Virus record (IMG/VR): IMGVR_UViG_3300036781_000230
Coordinates: 1 to 64,000 of that record
Source of the DNA: a virus
Length of the DNA: 64,000 nucleotides
Reading direction: 5' to 3' (one strand)
Below, in pieces: positions 55,070 through 63,689 of the stretch. The position numbers were made by a program, and so were the translations under genes. The notes below the pieces were generated by a model, which made no database searches, was not told where the DNA came from, and saw only the letters and a list, made by a program, of their open reading frames with translations. The stretch's first letter is position 1. Each line of letters starts with the position of its first letter.

Positions 55070-55546
55070 CTACCTTTCACTTTCCTTAGTATAGCGCCCT
55101 AAGATGTAATCAGGACGACGTTGAGCATTAGGAGGACATACAGCTATTATCCTCCACCGATCATTCAACATACGTTGAATCTCATCAGTACAACAATCAT
55201 CTAAATTAGTGATTTCATTGTACGTAAGCAGAGCCATGTCGGGAATGTGTATCTGAATTATTTGTCCCTTAGCATAATTCTCTATTTCCTCAATCTCACG
55301 GTCGTACTTATCTTTAATTTTACAAAGAGCTTGGTGAGGAGAGAAAGCCTCTACCATAACTTTAAAGTTTTTTCCAGCTATCACAGCCATAACTGTATCT
55401 ATATCTGCAGTAATGGAACTATCATACCAGTAATTAGGTTTTTCTTTATCTCTGTGTTCAGGAAACAATAACTGAATAGCACTCCACTGCTCATCATTCG
55501 GGGTATTCGAGTAATTTCCCAGACTTATATTCATCTTCGCAATCAT
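55070..55546 (-). CDS. Hypothetical phage protein
   Basis: DCCTD.IQ..L...WRIIAVCP...QRRPDYILGR motif. Confidence 0.65.
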   Translation of the reverse strand: MIAKMNISLGNYSNTPNDEQWSAIQLLFPEHRDKEKPNYWYDSSITADIDTVMAVIAGKNFKVMVEAFSPHQALCKIKDKYDREIEEIENYAKGQIIQIHIPDMALLTYNEITNLDDCCTDEIQRMLNDRWRIIAVCPPNAQRRPDYILGRYTKESER

Positions 55547-55550
55547 GTCT

Positions 55551-55784
55551 CTACCTTGGAATAAAGAGTAAGTGCATCACTACTTGTGCTGCGTACACCC
55601 AAGCTTTTTCTTCACTAAATGCTGTTGGACCAATAGGTTTGCTTCCTGCTTTAACTGTGTATTCTTTTCTAGAGGGGGCGCCTACGACGTTGATTATTTC
55701 CTCTAGGCAAACTGCTCCTTCATGAACATTTTGTACTATGTCCATAAGCGTCTCTTGCTTGAGTTTAGTGATGTCGAGGTTCAT
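55551..55784 (-). CDS. Hypothetical protein
   Basis: AAGGA RBS. Confidence 0.55.
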   Translation of the reverse strand: MNLDITKLKQETLMDIVQNVHEGAVCLEEIINVVGAPSRKEYTVKAGSKPIGPTAFSEEKAWVYAAQVVMHLLFIPR

Positions 55785-55929
55785 TTCGTCTTTCCTTTCG
55801 GTACATACTTATAACTAAGAACTCTTTCACACGCAGCACACCACCAGTTTATTCGACTCGCAAGACAAAGGCCTTGAGAATTACAATGAATGCAAAATGC
55901 GACCCGCATTCCAGATGGTGTGGCCATAA

Positions 55930-56091
55930 CTAATACTCCCATTCTGGGGAAAGTCCCCTTTTACACCGAGAGCATACAAGATCAGATTCTTTAAGTTCAA
56001 TGTCAGCCCATATAACCATAGGTCTTCCACACTCTTTGCAGTGTATCTGATCTATTGGTCGATCTTCATCATTCTCGATAATACGAGCCAT
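55930..56091 (-). CDS. Small Zn-ribbon protein
   Basis: CKEC...CSRC; GAGGAG RBS before MARIIE. Confidence 0.6.
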   Translation of the reverse strand: MARIIENDEDRPIDQIHCKECGRPMVIWADIELKESDLVCSRCKRGLSPEWEY

Positions 56092-56093
56092 AG

Positions 56094-56306
56094 TTAAGCT
56101 CTCCTCTTCACGAGTAAAGTAGGAACACCGTGATACTTTAAGACTGATCTCCAACTGTCGATACATCGAACTTTATCGTGTTTACCGTACACTACTATAG
56201 GAACCCAAACTCTATAATTACGGTTCCAGTAAAAGCTGTCTAGAGACACTAGAATCGTGTTTCCAGTTTCATTCTGAGTGTCGGAAGTAATAAGTTCTAT
56301 TTTCAT
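56094..56306 (-). CDS. Hypothetical protein
   Basis: Packed operon. Confidence 0.55.
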   Translation of the reverse strand: MKIELITSDTQNETGNTILVSLDSFYWNRNYRVWVPIVVYGKHDKVRCIDSWRSVLKYHGVPTLLVKRRA

Positions 56307-56314
56307 GATTTATC

Positions 56315-56611
56315 CTAGTGCTTGAATGAAATTCGATAAGGTGGTTTCTTTCCACTCTTTATTGCTTCGAGATTTAACTCTACTTCAATCAGTGTAATGA
56401 GATTTGCAAGACACTGTAGAGCATTACTGTAGTTTTTACCGAAGTAACCTCCTTCGATTAGAGGAGTTTCTTTATTAGAACCAGAAACCTGATGAAACAG
56501 ATGGTATTCTGCTCTCACTAGAATCTCACGACCAGCGTCTAAATGCCGACCTGGATTAGTTTTCTGTTCTAAATCTTTGGTTGTTTCAACTAATTTACTG
56601 AAAGCATCCAT
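56315..56611 (-). CDS. Hypothetical protein
   Basis: First gene after the leftward promoter. Confidence 0.6.
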   Translation of the reverse strand: MDAFSKLVETTKDLEQKTNPGRHLDAGREILVRAEYHLFHQVSGSNKETPLIEGGYFGKNYSNALQCLANLITLIEVELNLEAIKSGKKPPYRISFKH

Positions 56612-56639
56612 TTGTATTATCCTAGTATTACTTGTATCT

Positions 56640-56668
56640 ATATTATACTATGTAAAATGAGTTGTACA
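56640..56668 (-). promoter_or_regulatory. Promoter TGTACA-N17-TAATAT
   Basis: TGTACAACT motif family. Confidence 0.6.
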
Positions 56669-56767
56669 TAACAGTTTATAACTTTATTTCTTACGCGTAC
56701 GCGCGCGCCTATATAATATTGATAAGAATAATACAGAAACAAAAATGCAAACACCGTCATTTTATTG

Positions 56768-56796
56768 TGTACAACTTGATTTACAAGGTATATACT
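56768..56796 (+). promoter_or_regulatory. Promoter TGTACA-N17-TATACT
   Basis: TGTACAACT motif family; drives the + strand island. Confidence 0.65.
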
Positions 56797-56817
56797 ATAT
56801 TTAGATTAATTCTGGAG

Positions 56818-57018
56818 ATGAACATGAAGACTTTTCGAATTACTATTAAGCCCGTGGAATCTCAACCTACTATGACTATTTCTTTCTACATCAATGGTGA
56901 AGATGAAGATGAGGTCCTCATGGGACTCAATCAGAATTTTCATGAATTTCATTGTGTAGTCAATGAAGTCATTATTCAGAATAGTTTTTCTCAAGCTCGT
57001 AAGAATTCTGGACTGTAG
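56818..57018 (+). CDS. Early hypothetical protein
   Basis: Start placed downstream of the promoter (ATG 56818 or 56824). Confidence 0.55.
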   Translation: MNMKTFRITIKPVESQPTMTISFYINGEDEDEVLMGLNQNFHEFHCVVNEVIIQNSFSQARKNSGL

Positions 57019-57043
57019 TAAAATAAAATAAGGAGAAATAAAC

Positions 57044-57241
57044 ATGGAAATGATCGTGCTTGTTGAGGGTCTTCAGGATTCAGGTTTTCTAGCCACTGTT
57101 AAGTTTGGTAGAAATTCAGCCTTTCACACTGGTTTCACCTCGAAAGAACAAGCAGAGAACTGGTCAAACATCGTTTCTAAGAAAATCGAGAAACAACATA
57201 AGGAGTTGATGAAGCATGAATACCAAGCTCTACAGAGTTAA
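57044..57241 (+). CDS. Early hypothetical protein
   Basis: AAGGAG RBS. Confidence 0.6.
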   Translation: MEMIVLVEGLQDSGFLATVKFGRNSAFHTGFTSKEQAENWSNIVSKKIEKQHKELMKHEYQALQS

Positions 57242-57434
57242 CATCTTCGAAATGTCAGATGGAGAAAGAGAGAATGTTTTCTCTGAGATTATTGAAACTA
57301 ACAATGTCGCTTCGGTGGAGTTTTCTCTTGTGATGCTCACTAAAGGTACGTGTCTTGAGTGGGAGCTTAAGCCACTCGAAGCGACGATTACTCTTGAATC
57401 TCTCACCAGTAGAATTCAAGGTCTCCTAGGATAG
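57216..57434 (+). CDS. Early hypothetical protein
   Basis: AAGGAG RBS. Confidence 0.6.
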   Translation: MNTKLYRVNIFEMSDGERENVFSEIIETNNVASVEFSLVMLTKGTCLEWELKPLEATITLESLTSRIQGLLG

Positions 57435-57436
57435 TC

Positions 57437-57574
57437 ATGTCTCGATTCGCGTGGATGTCTAAACAAAACGTAGTAGCTACCTGTAAGAAGTGCGGTGCTC
57501 TTCAAAAGGGTGCCGCAGGTTGTTCTCACGTGTCATGCGGTGGAATCTTTGTTATAAAGAAGGTAAATAAATGA
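57437..57574 (+). CDS. Small Zn-ribbon protein (45 aa, not in ORF track)
   Basis: CKKCG..CSHVSCG; ATGA overlap. Confidence 0.5.
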   Translation: MSRFAWMSKQNVVATCKKCGALQKGAAGCSHVSCGGIFVIKKVNK

Positions 57575-57765
57575 CAACATTTGAAGCTCTTACGCTTCCT
57601 TTAACGGTAAAGTGTCCTCGTTGTACCCGTAGAAATGTCATCAAAGATGAGGTTTGCTTCGTATGCAGAGGTACTGGACAAACTATGCGCCTCAAAACTG
57701 AAATGGCTGAGATTATCGTAACTCTTCGCGCTGAATTAGAGAAAAGAGTGTGGAAACAAAAATGA
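57571..57765 (+). CDS. Small Zn-finger protein (DnaJ-like CxxC..CxxCxGxG)
   Basis: CPRC...CFVCRGTG. Confidence 0.6.
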   Translation: MTTFEALTLPLTVKCPRCTRRNVIKDEVCFVCRGTGQTMRLKTEMAEIIVTLRAELEKRVWKQK

Positions 57766-57784
57766 TTTCTCTGTCATTATTTTA

Positions 57785-57813
57785 TGTACAACTCGTTATA
57801 CACATGATAATAT
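57785..57813 (+). promoter_or_regulatory. Promoter TGTACA-N17-TAATAT with extended -10 TG
   Basis: TGTACAACT motif family; upstream of the RNA cassette. Confidence 0.65.
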
Positions 57814-57858
57814 TGAATCAGATTGATAGAGTAATTCTGATATAAAGGAAACTAACTA

Positions 57859-58023
57859 ATGAAGATTGACATCAAGCAGCTTTTAACCTCCTCAACGCTT
57901 GGTAGCATTATTCTACTTCATGCTGCTGATTATCTCTTCAGACAGAATGAAGAAGATAAAGTAAATCTAGAAGCAGTTGGTGTTCTCGATATGCTCAGGA
58001 AAGAAATTGTAATCTTTTGCTAG
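57859..58023 (+). CDS. Small hypothetical protein (54 aa, not in ORF track)
   Basis: AAAGGA RBS; MKIDIKQLL... Confidence 0.55.
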   Translation: MKIDIKQLLTSSTLGSIILLHAADYLFRQNEEDKVNLEAVGVLDMLRKEIVIFC

Positions 58024-58033
58024 GAGATTCACT

Positions 58034-58219
58034 ATGTATGATTTGTTTGTAGTACCTGTTATCTGCATTGGGATAGTAGTTTGGTTAGCTCTTAATGAGA
58101 ATACTTGGTTTGCTTCGAGTGATATACCAATGCTTGAGCAAATTGAAAATGCTCGTTGTCAAGCCGCAGAAGAACGTAAACTGTTGGAAAATCCAGTAGT
58201 CTATACTTTGGAGTACTAA
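58034..58219 (+). CDS. Small single-pass membrane protein
   Basis: AGGAG RBS; N-terminal TM. Confidence 0.6.
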   Translation: MYDLFVVPVICIGIVVWLALNENTWFASSDIPMLEQIENARCQAAEERKLLENPVVYTLEY

Positions 58220-58226
58220 ACTCATC

Positions 58227-58751
58227 TTGTATGATGAGTGATGCTCATAGGAAAGCATGGGGAACCATGAAACCTTTTGCAATGGGGTGGTTCGTTTTCT
58301 TCATGGGAAAAAAACGGAGTAAACTCATCCTATGAGTAGCACTGGTTGTACAAGCAACCAGCAAGGGAGGTAATAGTGATCTTTAGTAGGCCACTGATAG
58401 TCACGTTTATCGTTCTTGCATTTGTAATTGGAGACACAGACCACGACATCGCGCGGTCGGGGAAGCCTTCCCATAGTGTCTCATCAAATGCAGATCGACA
58501 TATTTCGCCCGGCTTGGCGGGCGCTATAAATTCCAAGGGATGACATATAGATAGTAAAATTAGATAGCAGTTTGATACCCTGCTTAAGCGCCGGATAAAT
58601 ATCAAGCACTAAAGAGTCTTGACGCGTAAGTGGGGTATTTCGTAAGTTGTATGATGAGTGATGCTCTTGAATCTAACCAAGGCTCGGGACTGACGTACCC
58701 AATACGTTCGCGGAAAGCCCCGTTAGATAGAGAGCATCACTGGTTGTATAA
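58227..58751 (+). ncRNA. Structured RNA cassette: two units closed by a shared duplicated stem, flanking a multibranched domain
   Basis: Exact 20-nt repeat at 58227 and 58647 pairs with near-identical repeats at 58334 and 58732; many nested stems with G-U pairs. Confidence 0.7.
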
Positions 58752-58766
58752 TTGAAAGGAGCACGA

Positions 58767-59033
58767 ATGGCAAAGTGCGTAGTATGTACATCTCTCAATG
58801 CGGAGATTGAACACAACCTCAGGAGCAAATCTCTTGACAAGAAGAATGCCGATGGTTCAACATCCAAAGGTTTTCATCACCCAACTGGAGCAGTCTTGAA
58901 AGCTCTCAAGCGTCGTCGAGCTTTTTATTCTCCTCGTACGAGCCCCCACAAGTTCTGCATACATCATGCCCCAAAGGGTGAACCTAATTTCGAAGGCGGT
59001 ACTGGCCGTGCCACCTGGGCAGGAGCCAAGTAA
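58767..59033 (+). CDS. Basic Cys/His protein
   Basis: AAAGGAG RBS before MAKCVVC; C..H near the C-terminus. Confidence 0.65.
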   Translation: MAKCVVCTSLNAEIEHNLRSKSLDKKNADGSTSKGFHHPTGAVLKALKRRRAFYSPRTSPHKFCIHHAPKGEPNFEGGTGRATWAGAK

Positions 59034-59152
59034 TGGCGAGAATCTTTCTTAATAAGAACAACTGGAAATATCACGCGAAAGAATTACTAGGTGCTTTGAT
59101 GATGGCTGCTCTATTTCTTTGCTTGGCTCTTACTCCATTGCTGAGTAAATAA
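59033..59152 (+). CDS. Small membrane peptide (39 aa, not in ORF track)
   Basis: TAATG overlap; LLGALMMAALFLCLAL. Confidence 0.45.
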   Translation: MARIFLNKNNWKYHAKELLGALMMAALFLCLALTPLLSK

Positions 59153-59195
59153 AAGAGTGTAAAATATCGTCATTCATCATATTTAAAGTTGACTC

Positions 59196-59230
59196 CTAGT
59201 GACCCTGGCATTATGCCAGGGTCATTTAGT
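59196..59230. terminator. Hairpin terminator at the convergent junction
   Basis: tgaccctggca/tgccagggtca. Confidence 0.75.
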
Positions 59231-59250
59231 TTATGAGGATGATATAACAC

Positions 59251-59493
59251 TCATCCTTTATTTTGCATACCGCCAGGGTCAACCGATATACAGTTTCTAT
59301 TATTATCGAAGCTTAAAGTGTTGATGTGCGTCAATTCAATTGAGTCGAATATTGCTTGATTGTGCATATCCTCAAACATAATCTTAGGAAACACCTCGAT
59401 ACACTTCACTTCTCCTGTCTTGAGTATTTCTGCTACTATGTAATATTTCCCATTAGTGTGTTTAACTATTTTGTTGATGTCTTGTGAGGTCAC
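59251..59493 (-). CDS. Hypothetical protein
   Basis: Packed operon. Confidence 0.5.
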   Translation of the reverse strand: MTSQDINKIVKHTNGKYYIVAEILKTGEVKCIEVFPKIMFEDMHNQAIFDSIELTHINTLSFDNNRNCISVDPGGMQNKG

Positions 59494-59684
59494 TGTTTCT
59501 TTACCTTCTCTCCTTCACTGTCTCTAACTGATTTAGCCCTCTCAGTGTGGGTGCCAGTGAGAGCAGTACCATCAGTACGACGGCACTTAGAACCAATAGC
59601 AGCAAAACAACGAGGACATCTCTTAGTAAGATGAACCTCTCGAAAGCTTACTCGAGTAGTATTACTTCTGAGTGTGATTTCCAC
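59490..59684 (-). CDS. Zn-finger (CPRC..C..H) protein
   Basis: CPRC.A..G..CR......H..R. Confidence 0.6.
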   Translation of the reverse strand: MEITLRSNTTRVSFREVHLTKRCPRCFAAIGSKCRRTDGTALTGTHTERAKSVRDSEGEKVKKQ

Positions 59685-59844
59685 TATCTACCTTCTTAGG
59701 AAGTTCGATTTCTTTCCAAGTTCCGTTAAACCGCTCATATAGTTCTCCCTCATCGGTAAGAACATATAGACTCGGAGTAAGAGCTCCGTGTGTTTGAATA
59801 GCAGCAATCTGAATTACTTTAAGCATGCTTCGTGCCCCTTTCAT
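59662..59844 (-). CDS. Hypothetical protein
   Basis: LYVLTDEG.LY....W motif. Confidence 0.55.
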   Translation of the reverse strand: MKGARSMLKVIQIAAIQTHGALTPSLYVLTDEGELYERFNGTWKEIELPKKVDSGNHTQK

Positions 59845-60170
59845 TTCTTTGTAGTGCAGACGTACATGAAACCTTGGTGATCCTGAATTTCAAAAGCTTT
59901 ACAGTCTAGTTGATCTTGAGGATCAGTAACTTCTACAGTTCTCATACTATTGGAAAAAATAGCTGTCCATCCAGAGTAATTTAAAATGCTCGAATTAGCA
60001 ATGAAAGCATCGAAACACTCCTTTGTTGTAGTTACTTTACCGTTCTTATCTAATGAAGAGGTTTTTCCTTCATATGTACAAGGTTGAACAGGCGGTGGCA
60101 TTGACTTTGCTTTGACTTGAAATAATAGTCCTAGCACTAATAAGTTTATCATTCTCCTACCTCTTTCCAT
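59841..60170 (-). CDS. Putative exported protein with 4 Cys
   Basis: MINLLVLGLLFQVKA N-terminus. Confidence 0.5.
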   Translation of the reverse strand: MERGRRMINLLVLGLLFQVKAKSMPPPVQPCTYEGKTSSLDKNGKVTTTKECFDAFIANSSILNYSGWTAIFSNSMRTVEVTDPQDQLDCKAFEIQDHQGFMYVCTTKK

Positions 60171-60463
60171 CCGTAAACGTGTTTGATTGTAGTTCCAATA
60201 CTCATGATGAAACAGAACTGTTCGAATTCTGTATCTTTTTTCAATTCACAAAAACAGATGAATTTCTCTAACTTACCAGTTTTTCTATCTATGGAGTCTA
60301 CAAGATAAGCTATAGATACACTACAAGGTACATCAGTAGTTTTCCATGTAGATATTGGAAGTTTGAGAAGTTGTTCAGCTTTTAAATTAGCGTCTCTAAC
60401 CTCATCTTCACTGGCTTTTATCTTATTAGTATGACTCTCTTTAAACCACTCTTCGGTTATCAT
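60149..60463 (-). CDS. Hypothetical protein
   Basis: Packed operon. Confidence 0.55.
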   Translation of the reverse strand: MITEEWFKESHTNKIKASEDEVRDANLKAEQLLKLPISTWKTTDVPCSVSIAYLVDSIDRKTGKLEKFICFCELKKDTEFEQFCFIMSIGTTIKHVYGWKEVGE

Positions 60464-60729
60464 GAAATCTTCTCTTCATCAATTTCTAAGTACATATTGA
60501 CTATTCTTCTATTACTATAAATATCGAACCACAATTTAGAAGAATTAGGTGTGTGTGGAGTTCTTAGGAGAATTTCTGGAAAGATTCTTAAATGAGATTT
60601 AAGTGGGTCATGCTTTACGAGTTGATTTAAAGTTATTACAATTTCACTACCATCCCACTTAGGTACAGTTTCTAATCGAGTCATTACGCACTGTATTTTA
60701 ACTCTAGCATTACTCACAGTTTGCTCCAA
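60460..60729 (-). CDS. Hypothetical protein
   Basis: Packed operon. Confidence 0.5.
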   Translation of the reverse strand: MEQTVSNARVKIQCVMTRLETVPKWDGSEIVITLNQLVKHDPLKSHLRIFPEILLRTPHTPNSSKLWFDIYSNRRIVNMYLEIDEEKIS

Positions 60730-60867
60730 TATTTACAGGCTAATATCAATAGCGAAGAAGGGTTCATCTCAATCTGATGAGTCACTTTAAGTTTAACTAG
60801 AAAATCGAACATATTGATAATTGTGTTGCGGTTTGTTCGTCCCATGATCCAGAGTCCCAGAGTAGCT

Positions 60868-61287
60868 CTAAACATACACCACTCCAAAGGTAGGAAGATC
60901 AAACTCATATTTCCAGTTGTCTGAGTCTTCATCACATGTCATTACAAAATTAAGACGCTTGCTCTTGCCGTAAATATCATGAAGTTGTTCTTCGCAGTGT
61001 CTGATAAGATTACGAAGCTTCGCTACTGGTACTCCTTTCGGTACCCTCACCATCGCTATACGAGGAAGATTTTCTGGCTCTTGCTCACCAAAATCAACTT
61101 TGTCTTCGGCACCTTCACCTGGTATAACAAAGAGTAGCTGCAGCTTAATTTTCTTCTTAGTTAACTGAGTAGGGTGAATCCCCTCAAAATCTCGATCGAC
61201 GTATCCTGTTGAAATTGACTCAGTGCGTAGAGGAAATGAGCTAGTGATGTGACTCATATTCTCGATTACGATGTTGCTACCCAACAT
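60868..61287 (-). CDS. Hypothetical protein
   Basis: Packed operon. Confidence 0.55.
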   Translation of the reverse strand: MLGSNIVIENMSHITSSFPLRTESISTGYVDRDFEGIHPTQLTKKKIKLQLLFVIPGEGAEDKVDFGEQEPENLPRIAMVRVPKGVPVAKLRNLIRHCEEQLHDIYGKSKRLNFVMTCDEDSDNWKYEFDLPTFGVVYV

Positions 61288-61501
61288 TTGGTTCTCCCTT
61301 TGATTTACTTACAAATAAGTAAGTCCGTTCATCTAACTTTAAACTATACAAATGAAGACCATTCTCAACTTCATCTTTAATTATCGTAGCGCCAGAAGCT
61401 AAGAGCAATCTTTTGAACTGCTCCGCTCTCCATGATTTACCGTATCTTTCTCCTCTAGCAATAGGCGTGAACCGTCTCCTGTCAACACCATCCCACGTCA
61501 T
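61277..61501 (-). CDS. Hypothetical protein
   Basis: WDGVDRR N-terminus; ATGA overlap. Confidence 0.55.
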   Translation of the reverse strand: MTWDGVDRRRFTPIARGERYGKSWRAEQFKRLLLASGATIIKDEVENGLHLYSLKLDERTYLFVSKSKGEPNVG

Positions 61502-61809
61502 TGTAACTTTAACTTAGACTGAATAAATCTTCGAACATTGTGATTGACGTTTTGTAAACCTATTGCTCTATCGAATCTCTGTCCTTGTAATTTTTCGAGT
61601 GATTCGTCTCCATTGTGTGCCCACACGATAAATGTGTTACCGCTAAAGTCTGTTAATTTTGACTGACTATGGTTATAACTATACTTATGTTGATCGAAAG
61701 TCTCAAAGTGCTCATTTAACCACTCACGCTTAAACATCTCAGCTTGAAAACAAACTACACATAATAGTTTTTTCTCTTTAAATGTTATTTCGAGGATATC
61801 TTTGAGCAT
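61498..61809 (-). CDS. Hypothetical protein
   Basis: TAATG overlap. Confidence 0.55.
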   Translation of the reverse strand: MLKDILEITFKEKKLLCVVCFQAEMFKREWLNEHFETFDQHKYSYNHSQSKLTDFSGNTFIVWAHNGDESLEKLQGQRFDRAIGLQNVNHNVRRFIQSKLKLQ

Positions 61810-62147
61810 TAGAACTCCTGATGGTGCAGGTTAGACCGAACAGTAATAGTTTTAGAAGCAGAGCTTTCCATCATAGTCTTAGAAGATAAATCGTTAGCAA
61901 ATTGCATGATACCTATCGCTGAGTGTACGTGCCCTAATTCTTCGCATAGATTCATGCGGTTAGAGCGACTATTTTCTTTATCTGGATTTTTACTCCCGTA
62001 CCCATGCCTCAAAATCTTACCGATTGCGTGGATCACCTCGCCACACTCTTCAGAGAGCCAAGCAAGACGCTCAGCTTCAGCAGCTGATAAACCATTTGTA
62101 AAGGGCTTAACTTTCTTCTTACTTTTCTTATCGATTTTCTTCGACAC
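61809..62147 (-). CDS. MazG-like nucleotide pyrophosphohydrolase domain protein
   Basis: L.EECGEVI.AIGKILRHG...L.EELG.V. Confidence 0.75.
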   Translation of the reverse strand: MSKKIDKKSKKKVKPFTNGLSAAEAERLAWLSEECGEVIHAIGKILRHGYGSKNPDKENSRSNRMNLCEELGHVHSAIGIMQFANDLSSKTMMESSASKTITVRSNLHHQEF

Positions 62148-62159
62148 TATGATTCTCCT

Positions 62160-62663
62160 TTAAATTGAATCTGGATTCGGTATTCCACGGCTCACCCGAA
62201 TCTCTCGAGCCATCTTTTGAATAGTTTTAAGATTTGGTACCAGTAAGCCTGAGTGAATAAGTTGGATAGTTGAGTCGTCAAGAGGTACGTCGACCTTGGC
62301 TTCAATTAGTTCACTGAGTATAGTATTCGAGTTTACACTCGAACACGATTCACTTGCGTGGCCTTGTACATGTCTCTTAAAAAACAGATAAAGTTCTTTG
62401 GTGTTCTCGACTTCTGGAAACGGCACAAGAACTATCTGATTACAACCAGGACAAGCATATGTCGGTTGTAAGTAATTTGGTTTACGTGTCTGAGGATTTT
62501 CTACTGTTTCGATGTTATGAAGTCCATTAACTCTCAGATTACTGTAATACCAGACTAGTGTGAACACGTCATGAAATCCAAGTTCCTGGATCGCGACATG
62601 CTCAGGCCATGCGTCGTCTCCCATCGGTTTAAGTGCCATTAGTAGCCTACTTTCAAGTGCCAT
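62160..62663 (-). CDS. Hypothetical protein (CPGC..H..H)
   Basis: ORF; start uncertain. Confidence 0.55.
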   Translation of the reverse strand: MALESRLLMALKPMGDDAWPEHVAIQELGFHDVFTLVWYYSNLRVNGLHNIETVENPQTRKPNYLQPTYACPGCNQIVLVPFPEVENTKELYLFFKRHVQGHASESCSSVNSNTILSELIEAKVDVPLDDSTIQLIHSGLLVPNLKTIQKMAREIRVSRGIPNPDSI

Positions 62664-62830
62664 GCTGCGTGAAGTGAAGCACTCAGGACGACGCTAGAGC
62701 ATACAGGACAGTGAGATACTCGTGAAGATACTCCCATCTCGTCACGTACTCTAAACGTATCCCAAGTATAGGGATTCCCTAGTCTTTCTTCTATACTCTT
62801 GGTTATCTTGACTTCAATACTCATTGCCAC
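62639..62830 (-). CDS. C2H2-like Zn-finger protein
   Basis: CPVC......H..WH. Confidence 0.6.
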   Translation of the reverse strand: MAMSIEVKITKSIEERLGNPYTWDTFRVRDEMGVSSRVSHCPVCSSVVLSASLHAAWHLKVGY

Positions 62831-62996
62831 CTCAAGCTAATCGAGTATGCTGTCATGATAATACCGCAGTATCCCACTCCGAACAGTATTCCCGCTATAA
62901 AGGAACTGCCAACGCCTAATTTTTTGTACATAGGACCTAGAGGCCACCCTATAATTAGTAAGAATACAGATAATGTAGAAAGACAAAAGATTGAAA

Positions 62997-63689
62997 TCAT
63001 CCGATTCTACCACATACGTCACAACGAACGTCTTTGATAGTCTGGCACTCATGTGGTCGACGCCACATATCGATCTTCTTTTCATAGTCGATGTGGAATA
63101 TCTTCCACTCGTCCCCTTCTGGTGGCGGTGTGTTGAAGTCAGTCTGTACGAAGTCGTAGAGCATCAACTCCTCAGCAGGCTTCGGAAAGCCCAGCACTTT
63201 TGACAGTCGTTCGCTCGGAGTCAACAACCTTGGTACATCAATAGGTGCTGCAGACGCGACACTCTCGAGTAGGCTCTTCGGCCTGTACAGCGTCACCGCA
63301 ATTGACTTGCAAGTTTGACACACCAGGTCACCACCCACATAGCCACCTTTCGAAAACTCCTGAACGAACCCTTCAAAGAGGACTTCCTTGACGTCCGCAC
63401 AATTTCCACACCAAGCAAATTTAGAGTGAACAACGGTCTCTTGCGTAGCTTCATCTTTTGTTAAGAATTTAAACCCGAAGAATTCGGTCATGTTCAAAAT
63501 GCCTTCGAGAGCGACTTTGAGAGCGTTTAGTCTATCTGGCGTAGGTATCGGGTTAAATATCATGTACATCGAATTCGGTCTGAACAACTGATCAAGAAGG
63601 CCCTTTACGTACGTCTCGGGATTCATCTTGGCTCGTTGAGACGTTAGCTTGAGTTGAGCTTTAGCTTCTGGGTTTAATGAGACTATCAT
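62997..63689 (-). CDS. Hypothetical multi-Cys protein
   Basis: CGNC, CQTC, CDVCG. Confidence 0.6.
   Translation of the reverse strand: MIVSLNPEAKAQLKLTSQRAKMNPETYVKGLLDQLFRPNSMYMIFNPIPTPDRLNALKVALEGILNMTEFFGFKFLTKDEATQETVVHSKFAWCGNCADVKEVLFEGFVQEFSKGGYVGGDLVCQTCKSIAVTLYRPKSLLESVASAAPIDVPRLLTPSERLSKVLGFPKPAEELMLYDFVQTDFNTPPPEGDEWKIFHIDYEKKIDMWRRPHECQTIKDVRCDVCGRIG

Noticed and set aside
56662-56817. N-terminal extension of ORF 56662..57018
   Set aside because: It runs through the divergent promoter region; the real start is probably 56818 or 56824.
58227-58751. CRISPR mini-array, tRNA, hammerhead ribozyme or C/D-box RNA
   Set aside because: Only two repeat pairs, 420 nt apart; no complete cloverleaf; the hammerhead core would be CUGACGU rather than CUGAnGA; ATGATGA has no matching CTGA box.
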